64,000 bases of DNA from a virus: positions 64,001-128,000 of IMG/VR virus record IMGVR_UViG_3300032116_000013; one strand, given 5' to 3'. The position numbers and the translations under genes are program-made. Under the pieces are notes generated by a model that ran no database searches, was not told the DNA's origin, and saw nothing but the letters and a program-made list of their open reading frames with translations. Below are positions 1 through 9,261 of the stretch, piece after piece; within the stretch, counting starts at the first letter, position 1, and each line of letters starts with the position of its first letter.

Positions 1-2
1 TT

Positions 3-479
3 GGCAACACGACCAAAACAACTGGATGTGCTGCTGGAGTTGCTACATGCCTTGCTAATGAATTTGAAGTCCGCAATGCACTTGCTGAACTTTCAACAGT
101 TGTTGCTGATTATCCAGTAACAGTATTTGTTGATTGGGCAGAAAATGCAAAAGCAGCCAAACTCAACAAGGCACTTGCATACGGAGTCACCCTCGGAAAA
201 GCATCACTTCCAAATTCATGGGAAGTTGGTGTAGTTTCTCAGAAGGTAGAAAAGGATGCATTGTTTGGTCAATGGATTGACTCAGACTTCGCTGCTGGTA
301 ACACAGATGGCGACGGATACGCACTTCGCGGCGTTTATCAGGTTGCTAAGAATTGGAAGTTGAACGCCACTTACATGGTGAATAAGACTAACAATGATGT
401 GCCAGTTGTGATCAATGGAAAGAATGTTCTAGATCGCGATTATAAGCGACTACAACTTGATCTGAACTTTGCGTTCTAA
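3..479 (+). CDS. Outer-membrane putative porin, C-terminal part (5' end outside window)
   Basis: Frame is open from nt 3; FGQWIDSDFAAGNTDG...NWKLNATY...DYKRLQLDLNFAF with terminal Phe resembles the proteobacterial 'putative porin' family. Confidence 0.8.
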   Translation, partial: GNTTKTTGCAAGVATCLANEFEVRNALAELSTVVADYPVTVFVDWAENAKAAKLNKALAYGVTLGKASLPNSWEVGVVSQKVEKDALFGQWIDSDFAAGNTDGDGYALRGVYQVAKNWKLNATYMVNKTNNDVPVVINGKNVLDRDYKRLQLDLNFAF

Positions 480-500
480 TCTAGTCTGCTACTAGAGATT

Positions 501-528
501 GAAAAGAGGGACTTCGGTCCCTCTTTTC
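501..528 (+). terminator. Rho-independent terminator, UUCG loop
   Basis: gaaaagagggac-ttcg-gtccctcttttc. Confidence 0.9.
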
Positions 529-537
529 ATTTCTGAC

Positions 538-626
538 GTAAGTTATTGATTTTATTAGGGTTTTCGTAAGTTATTGATTTCATTAGAGTTTTTACTATTG
601 CCTTTTTAGGCGAAAAGGCGCATAAT
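538..626 (+). promoter_or_regulatory. Early promoter with two GTAAGTTATTGATT elements
   Basis: Motif at 538 and 566 (28-bp spacing); TTGCCT(598)-17-CATAAT(621). Confidence 0.8.
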
Positions 627-636
627 ATCTGATACT

Positions 637-840
637 ATGAAAATATATTACGAAGTTTACGAAAACGCGCGAGTCAACCACCCGATTACGGGGGAACGGG
701 TCAACGGGAATAAAAAAATCCTGACGACCAAGAACCGTAAGAAGGCGCTCGACCTATACCGCGAGAAGGAAAAGACTCGGTGGGTCGAGGAAATTACAGA
801 CTATGGGAGCGGCGGGAGCACCGATATCATAACTGAGTAA
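637..840 (+). CDS. Hypothetical early protein
   Basis: 67-aa ORF directly after promoter. Confidence 0.7.
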   Translation: MKIYYEVYENARVNHPITGERVNGNKKILTTKNRKKALDLYREKEKTRWVEEITDYGSGGSTDIITE

Positions 841-892
841 GGGTAAACCCTGCGCCTCCCCTCGGGCTTTTAATGCGGTTCTAGGGGATGGC

Positions 893-953
893 GTAAGTTA
901 TTGATTTCATTAGGGTTTTCACCCTTTACTTTTTCGGTAAAATCACGCATAAT
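893..953 (+). promoter_or_regulatory. Early promoter with GTAAGTTATTGATT element
   Basis: Motif at 893; TTTACT(925)-17-CATAAT(948). Confidence 0.8.
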
Positions 954-959
954 ACTTCT

Positions 960-1166
960 ATGATAAACGAAAACACCGACGCGCAGGTTAAAGCGCAAAT
1001 TATCCAACGCATTAACGCACTCAAGCCCGACGCGATAGCGCACGGATTCGACTACCCGACGCAGGCACCCGAGACCGCAACGGTCGCCGAACTTTTAGAT
1101 TTTCTGGTAGAGATTTCAGCGTATATCGGCGCAGCCGCCAGCCAGCCGCCGACTGTAAGTCATTAA
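960..1166 (+). CDS. Hypothetical early protein
   Basis: 68-aa ORF between two repeat-promoters; stop codon lies inside the next repeat. Confidence 0.65.
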   Translation: MINENTDAQVKAQIIQRINALKPDAIAHGFDYPTQAPETATVAELLDFLVEISAYIGAAASQPPTVSH

Positions 1167-1215
1167 TTTCATTAGGGTTTTTACTATTGCCTTTTTACAA
1201 GAAAAAGCGCATAAT
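1155..1215 (+). promoter_or_regulatory. Early promoter with variant element GTAAGTCATTAATT
   Basis: TTGCCT(1187)-17-CATAAT(1210). Confidence 0.8.
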
Positions 1216-1247
1216 AGTTGTATGATAAATGATAAGGTGAAAGTCTA

Positions 1248-2126
1248 ATGCCTCGTGGTGTACCTAAGAACGGTTTCCGTAACACTCGCAAGCGTCGTCT
1301 TGCTGGAATCAAGGTTTCTTCTTCTCCTGCCTTCGTTCAGCCTGTTCGGGTTGAGTCGGTGGTCGAGATCGAAGCCAAGTTGAAGGATCGATTCGAGGCT
1401 CTCGAAATTATGTCCGAAGCAACGGGCAAGGGCATCAACCGATCGCTGATCGTTTCTGGTCCCGCTGGTCTTGGTAAGTCCTTCACGGTCGAAGCCAAGA
1501 TGGCGGAACTCGAGTCCAAGGGTCATAACGTAGTATACATCAAGGGTTACGTTCGTCCTCTTGCGCTCTACAAGTTGCTGTACGAAACTCGGTTCTCGAA
1601 CAGCGTTCTTGTGTTCGATGACTCTGACTCCATCTTTCATGATGACGTCAGCATGAATCTTCTGAAGGGTGCTTGCGATTCTACGGATCGTCGCGTTCTT
1701 CACTGGTTGTCGCGTTCACTCGAGCGTGAGTCGGATGAAGATGGCGAAAATATTCCTGAGAAGTTTGAATTCGAGGGTTCGATCATCTTCATCACCAACT
1801 ACGACTTCGACTCGCTCATCGCTTCGGGTAACAAGTTGGCTCCGCACTTTGAGGCTCTTGTGTCTCGTTCGCACTATCTGGATCTTGCGATGAAGACCAA
1901 GATGGATTATCTTGTTCGCATCAAGCAAGTTGTGCGTGGCGGTATGCTGAAGTCGCGTGGTCTGAACACCATCGACGAAACGCTGATCATGCAGTTTATC
2001 GAAAACAACGTTGACCGTTTGCGTGAGTTGTCGCTGCGAATGGTTGTCAAGATCTCTGGTCTGTATAAGATGGACAAGAGCAACTGGCAAAAGTTGGCGA
2101 AGCAGACTTGCTTCCGCGCTGCTTAA
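1248..2126 (+). CDS. AAA+/P-loop ATPase
   Basis: Walker A GPAGLGKS; Walker B VLVFDD; IIFITN sensor; ALVSRS Arg finger. Confidence 0.85.
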   Translation: MPRGVPKNGFRNTRKRRLAGIKVSSSPAFVQPVRVESVVEIEAKLKDRFEALEIMSEATGKGINRSLIVSGPAGLGKSFTVEAKMAELESKGHNVVYIKGYVRPLALYKLLYETRFSNSVLVFDDSDSIFHDDVSMNLLKGACDSTDRRVLHWLSRSLERESDEDGENIPEKFEFEGSIIFITNYDFDSLIASGNKLAPHFEALVSRSHYLDLAMKTKMDYLVRIKQVVRGGMLKSRGLNTIDETLIMQFIENNVDRLRELSLRMVVKISGLYKMDKSNWQKLAKQTCFRAA

Positions 2127-2327
2127 TTGGAAAACAAAATGTTTAAATTGCGAAATTACAACGAATTCAAAAATCATATACGGTGGCACGACTACTTTGC
2201 CATCATGATCAATGAATTTGCTGTCGTTCAAGTCCGCCGTTACGAATGGTTTGACAAGGAACAGTATACCTTTGTCATTCAAGTATTTGGATTTACCGTG
2301 TTTCAGCGCACAGGAAATATGCGATGA
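2127..2327 (+). CDS. Hypothetical protein
   Basis: 66-aa ORF packed in operon; start uncertain. Confidence 0.55.
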   Translation: MENKMFKLRNYNEFKNHIRWHDYFAIMINEFAVVQVRRYEWFDKEQYTFVIQVFGFTVFQRTGNMR

Positions 2328-2671
2328 CTGACATAAATCTTGAAGGATTATCAGACAAGCAACTACGACTATTCGCCGTCCGTTGTGCAAGGCGAGTACA
2401 GCATCTGATGACTGATCCACGGTCTATTGCTGCATTGGATGTTGCCGAGCGTTACGCCCATGGCGAAGCGACGGACGAGGAGTTGCGCGCAGCACAGGTT
2501 GCGGCAGGGGCTGCGGCGGATGCGGCGTGGACTGCGGCGGATGCGGCGTGGGTTGCGGCACGGAATGTGGCGTGGGCTGCGAAGGATGCGGCGTGGGTTG
2601 CGAAGGATGCGGCGCTGGCTGCCGAACTCGCCGAGCAACAAAAGATTTTGGATGAGATTCGACAGCAATAA
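2324..2671 (+). CDS. Ala/Trp-repeat protein, Imm5-like (paralogue 1)
   Basis: [12 protein letters not shown]...[18 protein letters not shown] followed by AADAAW heptads. Confidence 0.7.
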   Translation: MTDINLEGLSDKQLRLFAVRCARRVQHLMTDPRSIAALDVAERYAHGEATDEELRAAQVAAGAAADAAWTAADAAWVAARNVAWAAKDAAWVAKDAALAAELAEQQKILDEIRQQ

Positions 2672-2679
2672 TTGTTGAG

Positions 2680-2708
2680 TTGACTTTTTAAAATTGTTAA
2701 GGTACAAT
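2680..2708 (+). promoter_or_regulatory. Sigma70-type promoter
   Basis: TTGACT-17-TACAAT. Confidence 0.75.
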
Positions 2709-2717
2709 ATATAAGTT

Positions 2718-3827
2718 ATGGCAAAATTTATTCCAAAGGTTGTTCCCGAGCCTACTTGGGATTCCAACGCAAAAAGTCCTTGCACACAGTTTGAATTGGT
2801 GCGAGCGTTTCAATGGTACAATCACAACAAGACTAACAAAGATGCAAGAAAGTATTTGTTAGAATATCTTGCAAAAGAACAGATGATCACTCCGCTGCAA
2901 ATACAAGCAGCGCAGTATCTCAACGACTCTTGGAATATTGTTGACGGTTGGCTTGCGCGATGTTTGGATCGCGGAGCACTTGTTCCTGATAATACTCTTA
3001 TCAATTTCGGCGATCGCATGAAAGAGTTTCTTGCGCGTCTTGATAAGATCGTACAAGAACGTGGTCTTGCAACTGTTGTTGTGGATACAAGCAACGTTGT
3101 TTCAATTCAAGAGCGTGTGACTGCCAAGACCGATTATTTCATCATGGAACTGGAAGCCAAGTTTGATGAGTTTTGGCATAAGAATTCTCCCGAGGACTTT
3201 GATCCATATACATGGATGATCGAGAACGAAGTCAAGCCAATGCATGCAGCGAAGATTGCTGAGTATTGTCGGCAGCGAGCCAAGGAATGGGTGAGTATTA
3301 TTGAAGGTCGCAAGACTGACGAATACATCAAGGAATCATATCCGCGTTCTCACAAGGAATATCTCCACGCTGCGAATCTCTTTTTGTTGTTTGCCACAGA
3401 TGCTGAGAAACTGGCATCTAACAAGAATGCTGCTCGTAAGCCGCGCAAGAAGAAGCCCATCTCCTTTGAGAAGAAGGTCAAGAATCTTAAATTTAAGAAG
3501 GAAGATACAGAGAACAAGTTGGTCTCAATCGACCCTGTTCGCATCATGGGTGCTGAAAAGTTATGGGTATATAACGTCAAGACTCGTAAACTTGGCGTCT
3601 ATGTAGCGGCTGATCAGGCTGGTCTTGGTGTCAAGGGTTCGGCGATCGAGAACTATAAATATGGTGAGTCCATCGGCAAAACTCTACGGAAGCCAAAAGA
3701 CGTTCTTCCGCGAGTTTTGGACGGAGGCAAGATTGTATTGCGTAAGGTCATGGGCGAGATTAATTCTAAGTCCAGCGAGTTGAATGGTCGAATCAACAAG
3801 GACACAATACTTCTAAGAGTGGAGTAG
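2718..3827 (+). CDS. Conserved T4-like-phage protein of unknown function
   Basis: 369 aa; C-terminal KLWVYNVKTRKLGVY...KTLRKP...NGRINKDTILL typical of environmental T4-like phages. Confidence 0.8.
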   Translation: MAKFIPKVVPEPTWDSNAKSPCTQFELVRAFQWYNHNKTNKDARKYLLEYLAKEQMITPLQIQAAQYLNDSWNIVDGWLARCLDRGALVPDNTLINFGDRMKEFLARLDKIVQERGLATVVVDTSNVVSIQERVTAKTDYFIMELEAKFDEFWHKNSPEDFDPYTWMIENEVKPMHAAKIAEYCRQRAKEWVSIIEGRKTDEYIKESYPRSHKEYLHAANLFLLFATDAEKLASNKNAARKPRKKKPISFEKKVKNLKFKKEDTENKLVSIDPVRIMGAEKLWVYNVKTRKLGVYVAADQAGLGVKGSAIENYKYGESIGKTLRKPKDVLPRVLDGGKIVLRKVMGEINSKSSELNGRINKDTILLRVE

Positions 3828-3836
3828 AGTAATCAA

Positions 3837-4370
3837 ATGATCACAGTCACTAGCAATTATTTGAACGCTAAAGATCTTGCTATGGTGCGCAAATATTCTA
3901 GGTTTGTAATGGATCGCTTGGTGCGTCGTGGAGTGCAAAACAAGTCTCGTGTTTCGATCAAGATTCTTGGCGAGCAAGAAATCAAAGATGCTGCTGATCT
4001 TCTTGATCTGAAGAAATACAAAGCCTGGTGCACTTATGATGGAACTGATGCCGAAGGCAGAAAACTCTTCACTGTTGTTCTAGATCACAAACGTCTGAAT
4101 AAGAATGGTAAGAAGCCGATCACAAGACTCAAGAATGTGATGATTGATCTTGGTCACGAATTGGTTCACGTCAAGCAATATTTGTGCAATGAGATTTTTG
4201 ATTATAAGAATGGTGATGTAAGATATAAGGGTTTGATCTTTGATGCTTCGCATTACATGGATGAAGAAAAGTATTTCGACAGTCCTTGGGAAGTTGAAGC
4301 ATATGGCAGAGAGTACGGAATGTACAAGATCTTTTGTAATAAACTTAAAGAGGAGCGTTTGAGTAAATAA
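3837..4370 (+). CDS. Putative zinc metallopeptidase
   Basis: GHELVHVKQY (HExxH) and PWEVEAY. Confidence 0.75.
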   Translation: MITVTSNYLNAKDLAMVRKYSRFVMDRLVRRGVQNKSRVSIKILGEQEIKDAADLLDLKKYKAWCTYDGTDAEGRKLFTVVLDHKRLNKNGKKPITRLKNVMIDLGHELVHVKQYLCNEIFDYKNGDVRYKGLIFDASHYMDEEKYFDSPWEVEAYGREYGMYKIFCNKLKEERLSK

Positions 4371-4372
4371 TT

Positions 4373-4558
4373 ATGTCTAGCAAGAAGAAGAATGAGTTCC
4401 GCGAAAAAGATTACAGTCGGAACAGCGAAGGATTGAAGCAGCGTCGTTTGAAGAATGAGTCGCGCTGGAAGTTTAATCCAAACTCAGATTACGTTGAAGA
4501 TGATTCGTTAACAGACGAAGAAGATTGGTTCCAAGACCCAGAGTACGATCAACGGTAA
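4373..4558 (+). CDS. Hypothetical protein
   Basis: 61-aa ORF in operon. Confidence 0.6.
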   Translation: MSSKKKNEFREKDYSRNSEGLKQRRLKNESRWKFNPNSDYVEDDSLTDEEDWFQDPEYDQR

Positions 4559-4561
4559 TAT

Positions 4562-5215
4562 ATGAATTGTTTTGACATAGTAGAAAATTATGCAAAACAG
4601 TTTTCTGAAATTTTAGCGAAAGATTCAGAGCCTGTACAGTTTCCAGAATTCCCTTGGAAAAATCAGATCTGGCGATCAAATAAATTTCGAAGAGCACACG
4701 TTGAAGAATTTGTAAGTCCAGCGATATCCGTTCTTCACGTTACAGTATTCCCACACTTAGATGATCCATCGCCGATCTATGGATTTGATGTTGTAACGGG
4801 TGCCAAGAAACCAGCAGGTGGATATATTGATATGTCACCTTCAGTTGAAACTTGGAATAGGTGGAGAAGTTGGATTCCTTTTGATGTTCCACCGAATAAA
4901 GCAATTCCAGAATGGGGAACTTGTTTCTCTGATGAATTCGTAGCAATTCCATTACGTGACTCAGCGCATCTAGAAGAATTGCTGAAGTATGGAGTTTCCA
5001 TGCTGTCTGAATATTTAAATCGAATACAACAAAATAAAGTAGCGCAAGAACAAGTTGTAGAACGCCAACTCTACTATTGCCAACAACAGCGTAACAACCA
5101 GAAGACCATGCAGATATTAGAACGCATGATCGGCTTGGAGCGGGCAAATCTATTCATGAATGAAGTCCTTTTCCCAGACCCCATTGCAGCCCCATCCACC
5201 CTCAGGGTAGGGTAA
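4562..5215 (+). CDS. Ferredoxin-dependent bilin reductase (PcyA/PcyX-like)
   Basis: FRRAHVE, VLHVTVFP, PIYGFDVV, YCQQQRNNQKT...FMNEVLFP match the FDBR pattern. Confidence 0.8.
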   Translation: MNCFDIVENYAKQFSEILAKDSEPVQFPEFPWKNQIWRSNKFRRAHVEEFVSPAISVLHVTVFPHLDDPSPIYGFDVVTGAKKPAGGYIDMSPSVETWNRWRSWIPFDVPPNKAIPEWGTCFSDEFVAIPLRDSAHLEELLKYGVSMLSEYLNRIQQNKVAQEQVVERQLYYCQQQRNNQKTMQILERMIGLERANLFMNEVLFPDPIAAPSTLRVG

Positions 5216-5219
5216 GGTA

Positions 5220-5333
5220 TACCCCAAAACCGACCCGCTGCAATGGGTTTATAGGACGTTCTGGGGGCACTCGTAAGTCATTGATTCTATTAAGGTTTTT
5301 ATCGTTTACTTTTTCGACGAAAAAGCGCATAAT
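5220..5333 (+). promoter_or_regulatory. Composite element: 28-bp repeat + GTAAGTCATTGATT + promoter
   Basis: taccccaaaaccgacccgctgcaatggg 5220-5247; motif 5273; TTTACT(5305)-17-CATAAT(5328). Confidence 0.8.
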
Positions 5334-5339
5334 ATATCT

Positions 5340-5711
5340 ATGAAATACGAAACTTACACCTTCGACGAAAACATCCTTTCCGACCTTCACAAGGACGCCT
5401 ACGGGTTCCGTCCCAGCGGAGATTTCTTCCGCGAGTGGGATTTGCTTGACAACGATGGCAAGCAAGATCTCTGGGAACAACTTATTGATGCCGTTCGCGA
5501 TTCGATTCTCGAGGAAGCACGTTACCACAATATGGCGATTGCTGAGTTTGAGGGTTGGGTGAAACAGACGATGAAGATCGTCGTTGATTCAACTCGCGAA
5601 GATTGCATTCGCATGATGCATGACGCGCACGAAACTCGTGGTGATGTCGAGTATCTCGAGCATTGCCTCGGTGTCCCGTATGGTTATCTCAGTGGCAAAA
5701 ATTGGGGTTGA
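5340..5711 (+). CDS. Hypothetical early protein
   Basis: 123 aa; SDLHKDAYGFRP motif common in large phages. Confidence 0.75.
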   Translation: MKYETYTFDENILSDLHKDAYGFRPSGDFFREWDLLDNDGKQDLWEQLIDAVRDSILEEARYHNMAIAEFEGWVKQTMKIVVDSTREDCIRMMHDAHETRGDVEYLEHCLGVPYGYLSGKNWG

Positions 5712-5712
5712 T

Positions 5713-6027
5713 ATGTTATTTGAAAATTATGATTTTGACATGGCTCTTTACAAGTACGCGGATCATCTCGCAGCGAATTACAATTCCACTGGCTCTACTG
5801 GCGGATACTCTATCAGTTATGTGAAGGGTCGCAAGTTTCTAAAGGTTGTCAAAACTTCTTGGAATTCTCCTTCGGTGCATTCTTTTATCTGCATCAAGGA
5901 ACATGACCAGTGGAAGTATGGTGACATTCTGAAGGCTGCTTCTTGGGCGCAGCCCGCGAAGAATTTTGCTCGCGGGAATGTTCTGGATACTAATTCTTAC
6001 AAAAATATATCATGGACGGGTGCTTAA
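5713..6027 (+). CDS. Conserved phage hypothetical protein
   Basis: GRKFLKVV...GDILKAASWAQPAKNFARGNV; start placed at ATG 5713. Confidence 0.75.
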   Translation: MLFENYDFDMALYKYADHLAANYNSTGSTGGYSISYVKGRKFLKVVKTSWNSPSVHSFICIKEHDQWKYGDILKAASWAQPAKNFARGNVLDTNSYKNISWTGA

Positions 6028-6239
6028 TGAATAATTGGAATCTCGAAGGTTTGCATGTGACTGGCATGTACATGGGTGAATTCCCTGTTTCTGGTCGCGT
6101 TGAATCGAGTCGTGTAAAGTATGGTGGTGGCGTTCAGCATACTGTCGTTCTTGATCAGTCAATTGAAATTTATAGTCAAGTGCGTGATCGTTTGCTTTTG
6201 AATCATGAAAATGTTACTCGTGTTCGGAGTGCTGCATAA
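6027..6239 (+). CDS. Hypothetical protein
   Basis: TAATG coupling; GRVESSRVKYGG motif. Confidence 0.7.
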   Translation: MNNWNLEGLHVTGMYMGEFPVSGRVESSRVKYGGGVQHTVVLDQSIEIYSQVRDRLLLNHENVTRVRSAA

Positions 6240-6418
6240 TGGTAAATCTTCACGTGGAACTCATCAAGACGTTGGACGTTCGTGTCAAGAATCTTGAAGA
6301 TGTATTGATGCGCCTTGTTGTTGCTGTTGAGCAAGGCAAGCACATCGACTATAGCGAAGACTTGCAAGAATTGGTTGATGAAGCAAAGTCTGTAATCGAA
6401 GGGGAGTTTGAGGAATAA
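6239..6418 (+). CDS. Hypothetical protein
   Basis: 59-aa ORF, TAATG-coupled at both ends (not in supplied track). Confidence 0.65.
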   Translation: MVNLHVELIKTLDVRVKNLEDVLMRLVVAVEQGKHIDYSEDLQELVDEAKSVIEGEFEE

Positions 6419-6564
6419 TGAGTAAGCAAGATGTTGCTGGTTTCGCTGCTTTGACGTTTATCGTTCTGGTTGTTGTAGGAACGATTTGGTTGAACGTTGA
6501 AGTTTGGGGTGAATGCCGTCAAACGAATTCTTTTTGGTATTGCGTAAAATTGGTGAGCAAATAA
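6418..6564 (+). CDS. Small membrane protein
   Basis: 48 aa, hydrophobic N-half, TAATG-coupled. Confidence 0.6.
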   Translation: MSKQDVAGFAALTFIVLVVVGTIWLNVEVWGECRQTNSFWYCVKLVSK

Positions 6565-6565
6565 T

Positions 6566-6970
6566 ATGGCAGTTGCAGTTCCCAAAGTTGGTTCGCGTGT
6601 TCGAGTGACTACGATGTACCCGAACACGTATGCGTATCGCAATGAGTATGACAATTATGTCACATACACTCGCGAGGGTGTTGTCGTTGAGTCAATCTTC
6701 CGCGATCCGTTCATGTTCGCTGTCAAGACTGGTGATCCTGATCATCCTGTCAGCGAGTACAACGCAAAATCTTTGCACGTTGTAAAGATCGAGTATGTTA
6801 CTGGATCAGCAACGCAAGTTGCGACTGACAAGAAAGCCTGGAAGGTCAAGAGCGGCAAGGGTGATGGGTTCTACATTGTTGAACGTGTCAATGGAAAGTT
6901 CTCTTGCACGTGTAAGGGTTTTGAGTTCCGCAAAGACTGTAAGCATGTGGGTGCTGTGAGTAAAAAGTAA
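6566..6970 (+). CDS. SWIM zinc-finger protein
   Basis: FSCTCKGFEFRKDCKHV. Confidence 0.8.
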   Translation: MAVAVPKVGSRVRVTTMYPNTYAYRNEYDNYVTYTREGVVVESIFRDPFMFAVKTGDPDHPVSEYNAKSLHVVKIEYVTGSATQVATDKKAWKVKSGKGDGFYIVERVNGKFSCTCKGFEFRKDCKHVGAVSKK

Positions 6971-7341
6971 TGAGTGTGAATGATTATCAACAATCATTAG
7001 TTGCTGCTGGTGCGCGAGTGATCGCGTTCCAGGAGTTTGGTGATTGGCAAGGATCATGGGTTGCTTTGGTCGAGTACCAAGGGCAACGTGGCTGGGTGCA
7101 GGGATCATATGGTTCTTGCGACCACTGCGATGCGTTTCAATCAGAGTTTTCTTGGGATTCTGATTTTGCATGTGAAGATGTACAAGATCGTTTTGCTCAG
7201 TTCGGTCGCACATACTTGGATGATATTTTAACAACTGAGCAAGTGTTGAGTCGGTATAATGCTGATGCAGAATGGGATTCAGAGTCGGCAGACGCTGCTG
7301 CGTGGGTTTACCATGCTCAGCGGCAATATGGAGTTGAGTGA
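6970..7341 (+). CDS. Hypothetical protein
   Basis: 123 aa; GSYGSCDHCDAF. Confidence 0.7.
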   Translation: MSVNDYQQSLVAAGARVIAFQEFGDWQGSWVALVEYQGQRGWVQGSYGSCDHCDAFQSEFSWDSDFACEDVQDRFAQFGRTYLDDILTTEQVLSRYNADAEWDSESADAAAWVYHAQRQYGVE

Positions 7342-7365
7342 TGAACGAACAAACTAAACGCTGGA

Positions 7366-7689
7366 TTGATGAGGAATATTGAAATGTCTGAAATGACTAA
7401 AATCGTATACAGTGCTTGCTATGGTGGTTTCGGTTTGTCTGAGAAGGCAATCAGCCGATACTGGGAACTCAAGGGCGAACCTTGCCCCAAAAATTGGTAC
7501 GATAGAGGAATTGACCGTACTGACCCGATTCTTGTTCAGGTCGTCGAGGAACTTGGCGAAGATGCAAATGGTCCCTATGCGAAGTTAAGAATCAAAGAAC
7601 TACCAAAGGGTACAATCTATCGCATCGATGAGTATGATGGTTTTGAGAGTGTGAAAACTCAAGATGATTATGATTGGAGTGTTGCTTGA
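7366..7689 (+). CDS. Conserved phage hypothetical protein
   Basis: YGGFGLS...RTDPILVQVVEELG...IDEYDGFESV. Confidence 0.75.
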   Translation: MMRNIEMSEMTKIVYSACYGGFGLSEKAISRYWELKGEPCPKNWYDRGIDRTDPILVQVVEELGEDANGPYAKLRIKELPKGTIYRIDEYDGFESVKTQDDYDWSVA

Positions 7690-7865
7690 TGAACGAACGA
7701 ATTAAAGAACTTGCTGAACAATGCGTTGGCGACAGACCATACAACAATTCATTTGATTATGAAAAGTTCGCCGAGTTGATTGTGGAAGATATTATGCAGG
7801 AATTGTTTATCAATGGATATGAAGATGCCTTTGATCACCTGAACAAGTATTTCGGAGTTGAGTGA
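7689..7865 (+). CDS. Hypothetical protein
   Basis: MNERIKELAEQ...EKFAELIV. Confidence 0.65.
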   Translation: MNERIKELAEQCVGDRPYNNSFDYEKFAELIVEDIMQELFINGYEDAFDHLNKYFGVE

Positions 7866-8254
7866 TGGGCACTAATTATTATGTTGTTGAGAATGTTTGC
7901 GAATGCTGTAAGCGATACGATGAAAAGTATCACATTGGCAAGAAGTCCTATGGTTGGGCATTCTCATTCCAAGGTTACAAGTATGATGGTCTGACCACTT
8001 GGCAAAAGTGGAAAGAGTATCTTGTTGACAAAATTATCTACGATGAATATGGCGAACAGATTTCATTTGATAAGTTTGTTGAATTGATAGAAATTTATGG
8101 CAGACCAGGTTATGTGTTTGTGAATGAGTATCATCCACAAGGTCGCAAGGTGAAGGTTCACAACGAAGAAGGTCGTAAGGAAGGCTGGTTCAATCCAGAG
8201 TGGGATTGGGATGACCCAGAAGGTTATTCGTTCTGCTCAAGAGAGTTTAGTTAG
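7862..8254 (+). CDS. Conserved phage hypothetical protein
   Basis: MGTNYY...HIGKKSYGWAFSF...IYDEYG. Confidence 0.75.
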   Translation: MMGTNYYVVENVCECCKRYDEKYHIGKKSYGWAFSFQGYKYDGLTTWQKWKEYLVDKIIYDEYGEQISFDKFVELIEIYGRPGYVFVNEYHPQGRKVKVHNEEGRKEGWFNPEWDWDDPEGYSFCSREFS

Positions 8255-8264
8255 CAGGAGTTGA

Positions 8265-8687
8265 GTGATGAATGACCTAAATCTTGAAGGATTATCAGAC
8301 AAGCAACTGAGAATTTTTGCTGTGCGGTGTGCAAGACGAGTACAGCATCTGATGACTGACCCGAGGAGCGTTGCGGCACTTGATGTTGCCGAGCGTCACG
8401 CGAACGGACAGGCGACGGATGAGGAATTGAAAGTGGCATGGGATGCGGCGAATGCGGCGTGGGCTGCGGCGAATGCGGCGTGGGATGCGGCGCGGACTGC
8501 GGTGAGGGCTGCGGCGTTGGATGCGGCTGGGGCGGCGGCATCTTCAGCGCGGGATGCGGCGTGGTATGCGGCGTGGGCTACGGCTCGCCCAGCGGATGCG
8601 GCGCGGGCTGCGGGGGCTGCGGCGAGGGATGTTGAACGTGTTGAACAACAAAAGATTTTGGACGAGATTCGACAAGAGCAAATGTGA
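8265..8687 (+). CDS. Ala/Trp-repeat protein, Imm5-like (paralogue 2)
   Basis: Near-identical termini to 2324..2671, different repeat middle. Confidence 0.7.
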   Translation: MMNDLNLEGLSDKQLRIFAVRCARRVQHLMTDPRSVAALDVAERHANGQATDEELKVAWDAANAAWAAANAAWDAARTAVRAAALDAAGAAASSARDAAWYAAWATARPADAARAAGAAARDVERVEQQKILDEIRQEQM

Positions 8688-8941
8688 TGATCCGCGACGA
8701 CATTATCCGCATGGCGAGGGAGGCGGGCATCTGCACGGGAAACAGCATCCTGCTGCCTGCCCCTGACGGGCAAATCGAAGCACTTGAACGCTTCGCCGCC
8801 CTCGCTACGGCTGAGAAAAACAAAGAGATTGAGCGGCTACGGGAAGTGCTAAACAAACTTGAATACTTCTGCGATGGCACCATTAGGCGATATCCAGATG
8901 AACATGAAGTGGAAGTTGCACTGCGGAGAGAGGAGCAATGA
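8684..8941 (+). CDS. Hypothetical protein
   Basis: RDDIIRMAREAG...LERFAAL family. Confidence 0.65.
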   Translation: MMIRDDIIRMAREAGICTGNSILLPAPDGQIEALERFAALATAEKNKEIERLREVLNKLEYFCDGTIRRYPDEHEVEVALRREEQ

Positions 8942-9249
8942 CCCGCGACGACATTATCGGATGGATGCAAGAAGTTGGAGCGAAGAAAAGCGATCTGACC
9001 CCGCAAACCTATGATGGGTTTGTTGATATTTTTCAACGATTCGCTGCCCTTGCTGCCGAGCGAGAAAGAGAGGCTTGCGCTCAGTTGCTAGAGTCTCTAA
9101 CACTGGCATACCCTGATAGTGGTAAATTCACAATTGAACAATGTGTAAGAGCAATCAGATTGCGCAGCGTAAATCCAGAAAGTTTTGTGATGCTAAATGC
9201 ACCAACGCCCTATAAGAAAGGGTTTTGGGATCAACCAGAAATAAAGTAA
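8938..9249 (+). CDS. Hypothetical protein (related to preceding ORF)
   Basis: MTRDDII...FQRFAALAAEREREACA. Confidence 0.65.
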   Translation: MTRDDIIGWMQEVGAKKSDLTPQTYDGFVDIFQRFAALAAEREREACAQLLESLTLAYPDSGKFTIEQCVRAIRLRSVNPESFVMLNAPTPYKKGFWDQPEIK

Positions 9250-9261
9250 GAGGATCGAATT

